A stretch of 64,000 nucleotides of DNA. Source: an uncultured Alphaproteobacteria bacterium (GTDB lineage: Bacteria; Pseudomonadota; Alphaproteobacteria; Rhodobacterales; Rhodobacteraceae). The stretch lies in assembly GCA_963798385.1 (NCBI GenBank), contig CAWCTE010000006.1, positions 18,646 through 82,645 of the forward strand, read 5' to 3'. A model generated the notes under the pieces. It did no database searches. It saw only the letters and a program-made list of their open reading frames with translations, and was not told the DNA's origin. Made by a program: the position numbers and the translations under genes. Below, piece after piece: positions 53,401 through 62,649 of this stretch. Numbering within the stretch: position 1 is the stretch's first letter; the number at the start of each line of letters is the position of its first letter.

Positions 53401-53874
53401 CGGGTTCTCTCGCCCTCGCGGACCTACGTGGCCCAGACCGAATACGCGGCGTTCTATCTGGCGAGCGATGCCTACGTGATGAATTCCCAGGGAGGTGCCA
53501 CCGGGCGTGGCGAATGTTTCGGGCGGGTGACAATAGAGGCGATGGCCTTCGGCCTGCCGGTCCTCGGAACGGCCGCGGGAGGCACGAAGGAGATCATTTC
53601 AGACGGCGTCACCGGCCTGTTGTTTCCGGTCGGCGAAGCAGGCCAGGGCGTTCTCGCCGAGTACCTCGAACGCCTGGTCCGTGATCCGGCGCGGGCGCAG
53701 GACCTGGGCCGGGCGGGCCGCGCCCATGCGCTCGACTATTTCCGGCAAACCCGGTTCCTGGCCGAACTGAACGAGGCCCTGGCGGGCCTGGACGCAGAGC
53801 CGGAAGGCCACCAACGACCGCTCTCCGGCGCGATGCCGCAGGGGGGACGTCAGCCTGCGGTCAAGCGCCAATAA
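50494..53874 (+). CDS. GT2 - Kelch beta-propeller - GT4 fusion protein
   Basis: GT2 (SDDCSSDGT, AAGDDIS, EVED); Kelch repeats about 51600-52590 (GG..W pattern); GT4 (SHDLSRTGSP, ECFGRVTIEAMAFGLPV); one open frame of 1126 aa. Confidence 0.85.
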   Translation: MRAGAIVTDRTDGVPPLVTLALKAFNQEDMVAAAIEAAFAQTFASLEILLSDDCSSDGTFAVMERMARRYRGPHRVALNRNATNLGIVAHWNRIAEMASGRLLVEAAGDDISEPGRIEKLVSAWTSGAGRVRAVHSAFMEIDEHGKPLGRAEPDRRIIDGPGPDPLTLLRTSANCVGATAAWDREVFDRFGPIPEDCEVEDGVLFFRAALLGDIAYVDEPLIRYRTGGLSRRQPRSPGYDYLYGDRIKFLRWQVTNARAFLQDLDRIEVAGKAEYERLCREIIGRTGFEVALAQRGPLSRVAALPRAAARSVRSRDGFFAKQTLKHAFGPAYVAYHDRRPKAWLRSGPAGQWLHRRLEELEVDRDLAGRGGLRWRRSRPCPKPVFDAGGAQIGSRLYVVCGYGSLDACSDEIFVFDMARERWVRRIATPPELAHSHCAVAADGERFIYFASGQLGPQCRPAVRDAFSYDTLEDRWHRLPPVPAPRYAAAMELWHGRLHFIGGAAEDRWTPTADHWSLGVLDGKPDEDGWRAEQPVPVAGMHRASAVVDGRLFLFGGQQGDFQPIPGDPDCRCTGATRETYLSCAFRLDHPSASWERIADLPIAVSHCDSAAVVVDGRVLLLGGQVYKDPQRFYLRLTDAIQAYDVESDRWTISGHLPYRLKIPVAGLLDRQLCVTTGQRGKGQGEEPGPISLDTWKATLPAYSAERPPLRSPLSGKSILLISHDLSRTGSPLLLVETARAMIEAGATVRLASAADDVDGWTLASEFRIPRIPIETAVPLARDADLIVANTASETTKAWVTTCLDTDPGLARKLVWWIHEIDVDLYRANMAPLEKVALALFDSEAARAAWAGTVRLPRQTRVIHPALSEPFVEAAQQPSLPFPQDRRHSRRGKCPELGRADIRKRLEVAPDDFLVCCIATFLPQKGQRMLIRTVARAALEGGLPLKLLIVGLKDDRQRAALLRDLGPEERRVLSPSRTYVAQTEYAAFYLASDAYVMNSQGGATGRGECFGRVTIEAMAFGLPVLGTAAGGTKEIISDGVTGLLFPVGEAGQGVLAEYLERLVRDPARAQDLGRAGRAHALDYFRQTRFLAELNEALAGLDAEPEGHQRPLSGAMPQGGRQPAVKRQ

Positions 53875-53904
53875 CCGTTCTTATGATAAGACGATGAATG
53901 TGAA

Positions 53905-53935
53905 GAAGCCCCCGGACGGGTGGTCCGGGGGCTTC
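53905..53935. terminator. Hairpin terminator between convergent genes
   Basis: GAAGCCCCCGGAC-GGGTG-GTCCGGGGGCTTC. Confidence 0.7.
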
Positions 53936-53947
53936 CCAAGGGGAATG

Positions 53948-55951
53948 TCAGCCGAGGTAGTCGATCTCGATGCCGCTCACCTTGGCATTCTCGACGAGGC
54001 TGATGAAGTCGAGGTCGAGCTTGCCGTCGGTGACGTTGACCTGGAAGGTCTCGTCGTGGGCGATGTTCTTGCCGCCGGCCTCGTCGAAGACGTCGTAGTT
54101 GTCGAGGACGATCTTGTTCTCGGCCTTGACGTCGAACACCCGCTGGCCGGCACCGTCGAGGTAGATCTCGGCGAACTTCAGGGTGACACCATAGGTGCCG
54201 TTGTCGACCGCCGCCGAGTACTTGAAGTTGCCGTAACGCTCGGTCTGGTAGATGGCGTCGGCAGTCGTGCCGGCGATGCCGGCCCCGGTGGAATAGGTAT
54301 TGCCACCGAAGAAGAACGCATCCGCCGCGAAGCCGCCGCTGGCCCCGCCGCCGGCATTGACGGCGAGGTGGGAGCCGCCACCCGGCGCTGGGGTCGGCGC
54401 CGGAGTTGTACCGCTCGACGGGGTGATCTCGATGCCGCTGACCTTGGCGTTGTCCTTGACGCTGATGAAGTCGAGGTCGAGCTTGCCGTCGCTGACCTTG
54501 ACCTGGAAGGTCCGGTCGACCGCGGCGTTCTTGCCGCCGGCGGCGGCGTAGACGTCGTAGTTGTCGAGGATGAGCTGGTTCTCGGCCTTGACGTCGAAGA
54601 GCCGCTGGCCGGCGCCGTTGAGATAGATCTCGGCAAACTTCAGCGTGACGTCGTAGGTGCCGTTGTCGAGCCCCACCGCGTACTTGAAGTTGCCGTAGCG
54701 CTCGGTCTGATAGATGCCGTCGGCGGAGGTTCCGGCAATGCCGGCGCCGGTCGAGTAGGTATCGCCCCCGGAATAGTACGCGTCCGCCGAGCCGCCGGCG
54801 TTGATCGACGCCTCGGTCCCCGCATCCGCCCCGGCACCCGGCGTGCTGGGCTGCGTCGGCGTCGAGGGGGCTGACGGCGTCGACGGAACGCCCGCGCCGC
54901 CGAGAAGCGACTGAATCAGGCTGATCGCGCCCTTGGTCGTCGCTGCGCTGCCCGCCACCGGAGCCAGGTCCTGGAGGGTCATCCCCAAGCCGGCGTCGCC
55001 ATTCTTGTAGTAGTTGTCGACATAATAGGCGGCACCAGGATTGTTATTCTGCAGCGCGAGGTTGCTTCCGGAAGGACCGGCCAAGTAATGAGACGTGATA
55101 TTGTTGTTGACGCTGCTGCCAGCCGGGGCGAGAATAGTGGTAGCGTTGTGATATCCCTTGACGTTTAGCAGCGTGTTGTTATTGACGGTGATTCCGGAGC
55201 TTCCGTCCACTACGCTGATGCCCCGGAGCATGCCGGTGGAGACGAGGTTGTTCTCGATCGTCAGGTTGCGATAGGCGCCGTCGCTCGCGAAGATGCCCTG
55301 AAGCCATCCGTCGGTCTTCGCCAGGAACAGGTTGTCGCTGATCCTGACGTTGGTCGCGTCGCCCTGGAACTGCATGAAATCGGCGTGAGTTCCTGCGGTG
55401 GCATAGACTTGCCCGAAGCTCTTGTTGCCCGAGACGGTGCTGTTGTAGAACCCGCCGAACTTGAAACCGTCCTCGCTGAAGTAGTCGACAGAATTGTTGG
55501 TGACGGCCGAGTTGGAGCTGCCGAAGACGACAATGCAGGTCTGAACGTCGTGGACTTTGTTATTGTCGAGGGTGACGCCGTTCGAATCCCGGACGTAGAT
55601 GCCCCATTGACCATCATAGACGCCGTCGACGCTGCCGGTCACCTCGGAATTGACGACCGCGACGTTCTGGCTGCCGCCTTCGATCGAGACGACCCGGCCG
55701 CCGTTGTTGCCATTGACGCCGTTGTCGAACTTGATGCCGTCGAACTTGACGTTGGTGCCTCCGGAAACCGTCAGGTTGGCGATGGTCGCGTCGAGTGCGC
55801 CCTCGGCCTTTACGGTGACGGTGCTCGCGTAGTCGGCGGTGACTTTTATCGAGCCGTAGTAGCCATCCTTCAGGACGATGGTGTCGCCGCCCTTGGCTGC
55901 GTTGAAGGCGCTGAGCAGACCGTTCCGGTCCGCCACGGTGATCGTTGTCAT
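53948..55951 (-). CDS. Right-handed beta-helix protein with two C-terminal malectin domains
   Basis: AKGGDTIVLKDGYY, HADFMQ, Asn-rich coils; Pro/Ser/Thr linker; two INAGG..YQTERYG..VTLKFAEIY..RxFDV..NAKVSGIEI modules. Confidence 0.88.
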   Translation of the reverse strand: MTTITVADRNGLLSAFNAAKGGDTIVLKDGYYGSIKVTADYASTVTVKAEGALDATIANLTVSGGTNVKFDGIKFDNGVNGNNGGRVVSIEGGSQNVAVVNSEVTGSVDGVYDGQWGIYVRDSNGVTLDNNKVHDVQTCIVVFGSSNSAVTNNSVDYFSEDGFKFGGFYNSTVSGNKSFGQVYATAGTHADFMQFQGDATNVRISDNLFLAKTDGWLQGIFASDGAYRNLTIENNLVSTGMLRGISVVDGSSGITVNNNTLLNVKGYHNATTILAPAGSSVNNNITSHYLAGPSGSNLALQNNNPGAAYYVDNYYKNGDAGLGMTLQDLAPVAGSAATTKGAISLIQSLLGGAGVPSTPSAPSTPTQPSTPGAGADAGTEASINAGGSADAYYSGGDTYSTGAGIAGTSADGIYQTERYGNFKYAVGLDNGTYDVTLKFAEIYLNGAGQRLFDVKAENQLILDNYDVYAAAGGKNAAVDRTFQVKVSDGKLDLDFISVKDNAKVSGIEITPSSGTTPAPTPAPGGGSHLAVNAGGGASGGFAADAFFFGGNTYSTGAGIAGTTADAIYQTERYGNFKYSAAVDNGTYGVTLKFAEIYLDGAGQRVFDVKAENKIVLDNYDVFDEAGGKNIAHDETFQVNVTDGKLDLDFISLVENAKVSGIEIDYLG

Positions 55952-56049
55952 GAGGGTCTCGTTCCTTCTACAATCGTTTTCCGGACCTTGGACACACCAA
56001 TACCGTGCAGAGTCTCGAAGACGACGCTCCGAGGCTCCGAAACGAAACA

Positions 56050-56064
56050 TTAACGGTCGGTAAA
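56050..56064. promoter_or_regulatory. CtrA-like box
   Basis: TTAA-CGGTCGG-TAAA upstream of the malectin protein and ugd. Confidence 0.4.
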
Positions 56065-56407
56065 AAAGGTCCCTGGTTGGTCTAAGACGGGGTGTTTGTT
56101 AGAGCGTGGGTATATTGGCCTCTTCGGGTCTGAGTTCACCGTCTCGCTTACCGAGAGGAGCTATCACTGCCCCGTCGGCGCGGCAATTGTGCCGAGTCCG
56201 GGTCGGCAAGATGCTGCCCATCGGGCAGATTCGCCCGCCCAAGGTGGAACCTCCGCCTGTGGCCGGCGCGGCCCCTCCCGGGGTGCTGCGGAAACTGCCG
56301 GGACACCATGGGGACAGGCCTCGCTTGTGCTGTCGCGGTGCGGCTTATAGTCAGACGGAAGGCCGGCGCCGCCTGCGCCGGGACGCGGGCGCCATGAGGG
56401 ACCGGGA

Positions 56408-57750
56408 ATGAAAATCACCGTCTTCGGAACCGGATACGTGGGACTGGTCCAGGGCTCGGTCCTGGCCGAGGTCGGCCATGACGTGCTCTGCGTCGACGTC
56501 GACACAGCCAAGATCGAGGGGCTGAAAGCGGGCCGCATCCCGATCTACGAGCCTGGCCTCGAGGAGGTGGTGAAGAAGAACCACGCCGAGGGGCGGCTCA
56601 GCTTCACCACGGACGCGGCGGCCGGCGTGGCCCATGGCCGCATCCAGTTCATCGCCGTCGGCACGCCGCCGGACGAGGACGGCTCGGCGGACTTGAGCTA
56701 CGTGCTGGCGGTGGCGGCGACAATCGCCGAGGCGATGGAGGAGCCCAAGGTCGTCGTCACCAAGTCGACGGTGCCGGTCGGCACCGCCGACAAGGTAGCG
56801 GCGAAGCTGATGGAGGGGCTCGGCCGGCGGCAGCGGAGCGACCTCACCTTCGAGGTGGTCTCGAACCCGGAGTTCCTGAAGGAGGGCGCCGCCGTCGCCG
56901 ACTGCATGCGCCCGGACCGCATCGTCATCGGCACCTCGAGCCCCGAGGCCGAGGAGCTCTGCGCGAGGTCTATGCGCCGTTCAACCGCAACCACGACAAG
57001 GTCATCGTCATGGACGTGCGCTCGGCGGAGCTCACGAAGTACGCGGCCAACTGCATGCTGGCGACCAAGATCAGCTTCATGAACGAGATCGCCGGCATCG
57101 CCGAGCGCCTCGGCGCCGACGTCGAGATGGTGCGCCAGGGCATCGGCTCGGACCCGCGCATCGGCTACCAGTTCATCTATCCGGGCGTCGGCTACGGCGG
57201 CTCGTGTTTTCCGAAGGACGTGAAGGCGCTGATCGCCACCGCCAAGGAGGCGGGCTTCCAGCCGACGATCCTCAATGCCGTCGAGGACCGCAACGACAGC
57301 CAGAAGACCGTGCTCTTCGACAAGATCTCGCGTCACTACGGCGGCGACCTCGAGGGGCGGACCTTCGCGCTCTGGGGGCTCTCCTTCAAGCCCAACACCG
57401 ACGACATGCGCGAGGCCGCCTCCCGGGTGCTGATGGAGGCGCTCTGGAACGCGGGCGCCAAGGTCCAGGCCTACGACCCGGAGGCGATGGAGGAGGCGCA
57501 GCGCCTCTACGGGGACCGCGAGGATCTCACCCTCTGCGGAACCAAGGAGGCGGCGTTGAAGGGCGCCGATGCGCTCGTCATCGTCACCGAGTGGCAGGCC
57601 TTCCGGGCGCCGGACTTCGACCTCATCGCCGAGCGGCTGAGCGCGCCGGTCGTCTTCGACGGCCGCAACCTCTACGACCCCGAGCGCATGGCGCGCCGCC
57701 AGTTCGCCTACTACGCCATCGGGCGCGGCCGCGGCGCTCCGGACGCCTGA
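56408..57750 (+). CDS. ugd: UDP-glucose 6-dehydrogenase (frameshift near 56960)
   Basis: [47 protein letters not shown]. Confidence 0.95.
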
Positions 57751-57751
57751 G

Positions 57752-58768
57752 ATGCGCGTCCTCGTCACCGGGGCGGCGGGCTTCATCGGCTTCCACACCG
57801 CCCGGGCGCTTCTCGCCCGCGGCGATGCGGTGACGGGCTTCGACAACGTCAACGACTACTACGATGTCGCGCTCAAGGAGGCCCGGCTCGCCGAGCTCGA
57901 GCGCACCGCCGCCGAGACCGGCGGCGACTGGCGCTTCCTGCGCGCCGATCTCGCCGACGGCGCGGCGGTGGCGGCGGCGTTCGGCGACGGCTTCGACCGG
58001 GTGATCCACCTCGCCGCCCAGGCCGGGGTGCGCTACAGCCTCGAGAATCCGCTCGCCTATGTCAGCTCGAACCTCACCGGCTTCACCAACATCCTCGAGG
58101 CCTGCCGCCGCGCCGGCACCCCGCACCTCACCTTCGCCTCGACCTCGAGCGTCTACGGCGGCAACACCGCCATGCCCTTCGAGGAGGGCCAGGGGGTCGA
58201 CCACCCGCTGCAGTTCTACGCCGCCACCAAGCGGGCCAACGAGCTGATGGCCCACGCCTATGCCCACCTCTTCCGCCTGCCCTGCACGGGCTTGCGGTTC
58301 TTCACCGTCTACGGGCCCTGGGGCCGGCCGGACATGGCGCCGATGATCTTCGCCTCCGCCATCCTCGAGGGCCGGCCGATCCGGCTCTTCAACGCGGGCC
58401 GGCACAGCCGCGACTTCACCTATGTCGACGACATCGTCGAGGGGGTGATCCGCGCCTCCGACCGGCCCGCCACGCCCGATCCCGCCTGGGACGCCGCGCA
58501 TCCCGACCCGGCGACCTCGGACGCGCCCTTCCGGATCTACAACATCGGCAACAGCGCCCCGGTCGAGCTCGCCGACTTCATCGCCGCGCTCGAGGATGCG
58601 CTGGGGAGGAAGGCGATCCGCGAACTCGTGGGGCCCCAGCCCGGCGACGTGCCCGACACTTGGGCCTCCAGCACCCGGCTCATGGAGGCCACCGGCTGGC
58701 GCCCGGAGACCCCGGTCGCCGAGGGCGTGCAGCGTTTCGCCGACTGGTTCCGGGAGTGGCACGGCTAG
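57752..58768 (+). CDS. UDP-glucuronate 4-epimerase-like SDR
   Basis: [44 protein letters not shown]. Confidence 0.9.
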   Translation: MRVLVTGAAGFIGFHTARALLARGDAVTGFDNVNDYYDVALKEARLAELERTAAETGGDWRFLRADLADGAAVAAAFGDGFDRVIHLAAQAGVRYSLENPLAYVSSNLTGFTNILEACRRAGTPHLTFASTSSVYGGNTAMPFEEGQGVDHPLQFYAATKRANELMAHAYAHLFRLPCTGLRFFTVYGPWGRPDMAPMIFASAILEGRPIRLFNAGRHSRDFTYVDDIVEGVIRASDRPATPDPAWDAAHPDPATSDAPFRIYNIGNSAPVELADFIAALEDALGRKAIRELVGPQPGDVPDTWASSTRLMEATGWRPETPVAEGVQRFADWFREWHG

Positions 58769-59224
58769 ACGCTGTGCGCGGGAACTCCCGCGCGATGGTC
58801 GACGCCACCCGACCTGAGCGCCTGAAGCAAAGGGTGGAGCGTGACGGCGAAGTCCGTCGGGCATGAGAGACCAATCGCCTATCGGCACAGCTCCCGAAAC
58901 GGCGCTAGGCCGCGCCTAGGCCCGGATCTCCAAGGATTCGACTTCGGGAGCGGGTTTTGACACGGGGCTGCTCCAATGGCTTGAGCCCACCGCCCTAGGA
59001 CTTCGCATTCTAGGCGGAAACGCTGCCTTTTCCCGAATTCCCCGTGTTGAGGCGTCGGTCCGGATGACGACGCTCAGGTTGCCGAGGCGGGCCCACGAAG
59101 ACGGCGCGGCGGCCCTTGATCTCTCTGATTTGGGTTGATTGGGTCAAGCTCCCCATAGGAACGATCTCGGTCGCGCGGTCGGAGGCGCGTATCGGGCTTT
59201 CTGTCGATCTCCTTCTTCGGCGCG

Positions 59225-59590
59225 TCAGGCGGCAGCTGCGGTCGGTGCCTTGCCGAAGCGGAAGTCGGCGCCGTCGCGCCACATGCGGTGCAGGATGACG
59301 CCGAGCTTGCGCGCCACGGCGACGCGGGCGCGCGCCATGCTGCGGCGGCGGGCGACCTCCATCCCCCAGGCGCGCAGGCTCGACCATTTCGTGCTGCGCA
59401 CGAGCAGGGTATGTCCCGCCTCGTAGAGCGCCGTACGCGCGAACTCGTCGCCGCAGCGGCTGATCCTGCCCTTGATGTCAGTCTCCCCGGACTGATGGCG
59501 CGCCGGTGTCACCCCCAAATGAGCGCCGGCGGCGCGGGACGTCGCGAAGCGGTGCGGGTCGTCGATGGTGGCACGAAACGCGAGCGCGCC
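59225..59590 (-). mobile_element. IS110 family transposase C-terminal fragment
   Basis: ATIDDPHRF, HLGVTPARHQSGE, ISRCGD, VAVARKLGVILHRMW. Confidence 0.85.
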
Positions 59591-59900
59591 CGGGTTTGCC
59601 GGGTCTGGGGCATCGCCCGGGCCGGCATCTACCGTGGCCGCCGGGCGGCGAGGACGCCGCCCGCCCGCGGCCGCGGCCGGGCCCGTGGGGCGATGTCCGT
59701 CGCCGACCTCGTCGAGGCGATCCGGCAGGTGCTCGCGAGCCCTTTTCACGGCGAGGGCTATCGCAAGGTGTGGGCGCGGCTGCGCCATGCCGGGCTGCGC
59801 ACCTCGAAGGAGCGCGTGCGCGAAAACGGGCTTGCGGCGGGGCTGCGGGCTGGCCGCCCCGCGGCCCGCGTAGCCACGACGGCACGATCACCCCGGACGC
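59582..59900 (+). mobile_element. IS3 family transposase fragment
   Basis: ARVCRVWGIARAGIY, FHGEGYRKVWARLR, RTSKERV. Confidence 0.75.
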
Positions 59901-59987
59901 CATCGAGGCGATCTCGAGGGACCGCAATCAGGAGACTCGGAGACGCCATTTTGGCGGAGACGGCCCCGTTACCGAAGTCTGAGACTC

Positions 59988-60752
59988 TCAGTAACTCTCG
60001 CCGGCCCGCGTGGTCGCGATGAAACCCATCAGCCCGTAGCCGAAGACAATCAGTCCGAGCATCTCCAGCGTCTCCTCAACCGAGGCGATGAGAAGATAGG
60101 CGCGAGTCTCCATCCCGAACCGCGACGCATAGTCGCCACCAATGAGCTCCGTCCCCAGCGCGCCGCTGACGTAGAGTGCGCCGCCGAGGATCGTGAGGAC
60201 CATGATCGTCCGTGGCAGCGCGAAGACGAAGCGCGCATAGGCCAGCCCAACCGCGAGGAAGAACAATGCACCGGGAATGACCCAGGAGAAATACAGCACC
60301 CCGTCCGCCTGCACGAGCCGGTCGAAGATCGGCATCAGCTGCTCATGCATCTGCGCCGCCTCGTCATAGGACATATAGACGAAGATCACCCCAAGCCCCA
60401 TCCAGTGCCGCCACCAGCGGTCGCCCGTGGCGAGCGCGCCCAAGCCGATCCGCGTCAGTAGCATGGCGTTGCCGACCAGCAGGACGAAGTTGAACAGCGT
60501 CGGAAAGTTTGCCTCCTCGTCGAGGATGAACATTCGTGCGACCTGCTTCGCGAAGTGGCCGTGAATCGAATGCATCACGTCGATTGCAAGGAAGTTCAGC
60601 GCGACCAGCAATAGCAGCATGGCGAGCGCCGCGATGGCAACACGCCCCGGCCAATGTAATGGAACATCGGCTTTGAACTCACCCTTGCCCCGAGCCTTGC
60701 TCCGATACTCGTTCCACCCCATCTCTGCTCTGGCCGAAGACAAGTGTGCCAT
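59988..60752 (-). CDS. Multi-pass membrane protein of unknown function
   Basis: About six hydrophobic segments; DEEANFPT, SYDE..MHE, EETLEMLG; start codon uncertain. Confidence 0.7.
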   Translation of the reverse strand: MAHLSSARAEMGWNEYRSKARGKGEFKADVPLHWPGRVAIAALAMLLLLVALNFLAIDVMHSIHGHFAKQVARMFILDEEANFPTLFNFVLLVGNAMLLTRIGLGALATGDRWWRHWMGLGVIFVYMSYDEAAQMHEQLMPIFDRLVQADGVLYFSWVIPGALFFLAVGLAYARFVFALPRTIMVLTILGGALYVSGALGTELIGGDYASRFGMETRAYLLIASVEETLEMLGLIVFGYGLMGFIATTRAGESY

Positions 60753-60863
60753 GCCGATACCCCGTAGTGCACGATCGGAGAAAGTATTCTACACAAACAC
60801 AGGGACTGGTCCTATCTCAGTTAGAGAACTTTATTAATGCCGAAGAACCCTTAAGTAGCGCGG

Positions 60864-61104
60864 CCAAGCAATCGCCTCGGCGTGCCAAAGAACATCACCA
60901 TCCTGCCGCTGCCGCCGCGCTCACCCGAGTCTCTACCCGGTTGAGAACCTCTGGCAGTTCCTCTGCGACAACTGGCTCTCGATCCGCGTATTCAAAGGAT
61001 ACGACGATATCGTCGCCCATTGCTGAGCTGCCTGGAACGACCTCGTCGATCAGCCCTGGCGCATCCGATCCATCGGAAGGCGAATCTAGGCGGAAGGGTT
61101 CTGA
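60864..61104 (+). mobile_element. IS630 family transposase C-terminal remnant
   Basis: PKNITILPLPPRSPE, PVENLWQFL.DNWLS, AWNDLVDQPWRI with stops. Confidence 0.8.
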
Positions 61105-61472
61105 TTAATGCGGTGAGGCGGCCGGAAAGGCTGTCAGACCAGGGTGCGACGTCGCCAATCAGCCCGCCACCCCGTGAGGAACGGCGTTGATGCGGGTGTC
61201 CCTATGCGGCGCTAGTCGCTGCGGCTCCTTCGGAGTCCCTTTGGTACGCAGAGAGTTCAGCGACGCTCAACACTAGACTAGAAAGAAGCCCCCGTGCTCC
61301 GATACTGGGCCGGGGCCGCCGACGCCCAGACCACGGCAAGGGCGCGCAAGTATCGCTCCTCCCTTGACGCAGCTAGTCCCTTACGGAAGGCGCCGGATCG
61401 CCCCGGCGTCAGCAGCTCCGCGTCGCCGGCGTGGAGGACAGGCGGAAAAGTCGCCGCCACGCCATGCTAGAC

Positions 61473-61691
61473 CCGCCGCCGTGAGAGATATGTCGCCAGC
61501 ATGTACATGGCCGTCCAGAGGTCGGAATCGACGGCGTTCGGCTGCGCCTTCCTCGCAGTCCTCAACATGTCGAGCCAGTCGAGTTCCTCCTCGCGCAGAA
61601 CGCCGCCGAGTACTTTTTCGATCACGCCCAGAATCTCCGGATGGTATTCCTGCAGCGCGGTTGTGATGAAGGGCACCGCCGGGACGCCGCA
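61473..61691 (-). repeat. 219-bp direct repeat copy 1 (3' half of an XRE-like regulator gene)
   Basis: Near-identical to 63198-63416. Confidence 0.85.
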
Positions 61692-61739
61692 GGCTGCCTT
61701 TTGGAAGCCGATCACCCCGGAAACGGGGTCCTTATTGCG

Positions 61740-61880
61740 CGCCTCTCCACACTGGACCGGACCGTGGATTTCGAGTTCTTCCGCGGGTGGCTGGTGGAGG
61801 GTCTCGGCTATGGCGGCGGATCGAAGGGCGGCCGGCCACGCTCCTCGGCGAACACCTGCCAGGCTGATCCTTGAGCGCAG
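61740..61880 (+). mobile_element. IS5 family transposase N-terminal remnant
   Basis: LDRTVDFEFFRGWLVEGLGYGGGSKGGRP. Confidence 0.75.
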
Positions 61881-62022
61881 AGCGTGCCGCGCCGATGTTC
61901 GCGCGGCACGTGACCGACGGTGGTGCAGGTTTTGGACGGGCTTTCCCCGGCGATAATCGGTTTGCGCGGCTGATTGCGCCGGCCGCCAGTCCTAAACTAG
62001 AGGCCTGCATGAGCCTCCCGCT

Positions 62023-62341
62023 TCAGCCGTCCTGAAGCCAGGCGGGAATGTCCCGTTTCCCTGGAGAACCCGCCAGACATCGATATGTCCGGGCTGCTCG
62101 AGATAGAAGATCAAATAGGGATACCGGGTGACGGGCAGTGTGCGTAGTTCGGGCAGACCAAGTTCCAGGCAAAACCCGGCGAGCCCGCGGCGGGATGTTC
62201 CGACAGGAGGGCGAAGGCCTTTTCTAGACGGTCGACGAACCCGAGTGCGACCTCAAGGCCGGCTTCCTTGAGGTAATGGTCCACGGCTTCCTCGATATCC
62301 AGCAGTGCCCGCTCCCTGGGGACGACAAGCTTCGCCGTCAC
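62023..62341 (-). CDS. ParE/RelE family toxin (frameshifted)
   Basis: ALLDIEEAVDHY, HPAAGSP, then YPYLIFYLE..IDVWRVLQGKRDIP. Confidence 0.8.
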
Positions 62342-62576
62342 GCGCCACCCTGGCTGTGGGCACGCTTGCGGAGAGCCTCGAAATACGCCGTGTTGATGGG
62401 GGCGGCCTGGGCGAAGCGGCGCCTTCCCTGAGCAGGCTGCGCAACTCCTCGCGATCCCGGACCCGCCGGATCAGCTCGCGCACGTATTCACTACTCGTGC
62501 CGTAGCTACGTTCCGCGACTTGCCGGTCAACGAAGCTCTTCAGGCTCGCTGGCAGCGAGATGTTCATGGTGCTCAT
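62338..62576 (-). CDS. ParD-like ribbon-helix-helix antitoxin (frameshifted)
   Basis: MSTMNISLPASLKSFVDRQV..YGTSSEYVRELIRR. Confidence 0.85.
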
Positions 62577-62649
62577 GGGGATAGCATAGCATTATGGCAA
62601 AAATTGGCAAGGCTGGCCCTGTTCCTTCCTCTGAAAGCCAAGACACAAA

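Noticed and set aside
59010-59224. Possible IS110 guide (bridge/seek) RNA downstream of the transposase fragment
   Set aside because: The element is truncated, lacks its N-terminal catalytic domain, and I cannot define ends or an RNA structure.
59952-59960. TGGCGGAGA as an att copy of the tRNA-Ser 3' end
   Set aside because: Only 9 bp, on the wrong side of the tRNA, and expected by chance.
1900-62400. Many single-base frameshifts as programmed frameshifting or phase variation
   Set aside because: They hit unrelated, otherwise well-conserved genes including parB, ugd and uxs, often at short G/C runs, with no shared slippery motif; sequencing or assembly error is the simpler explanation.
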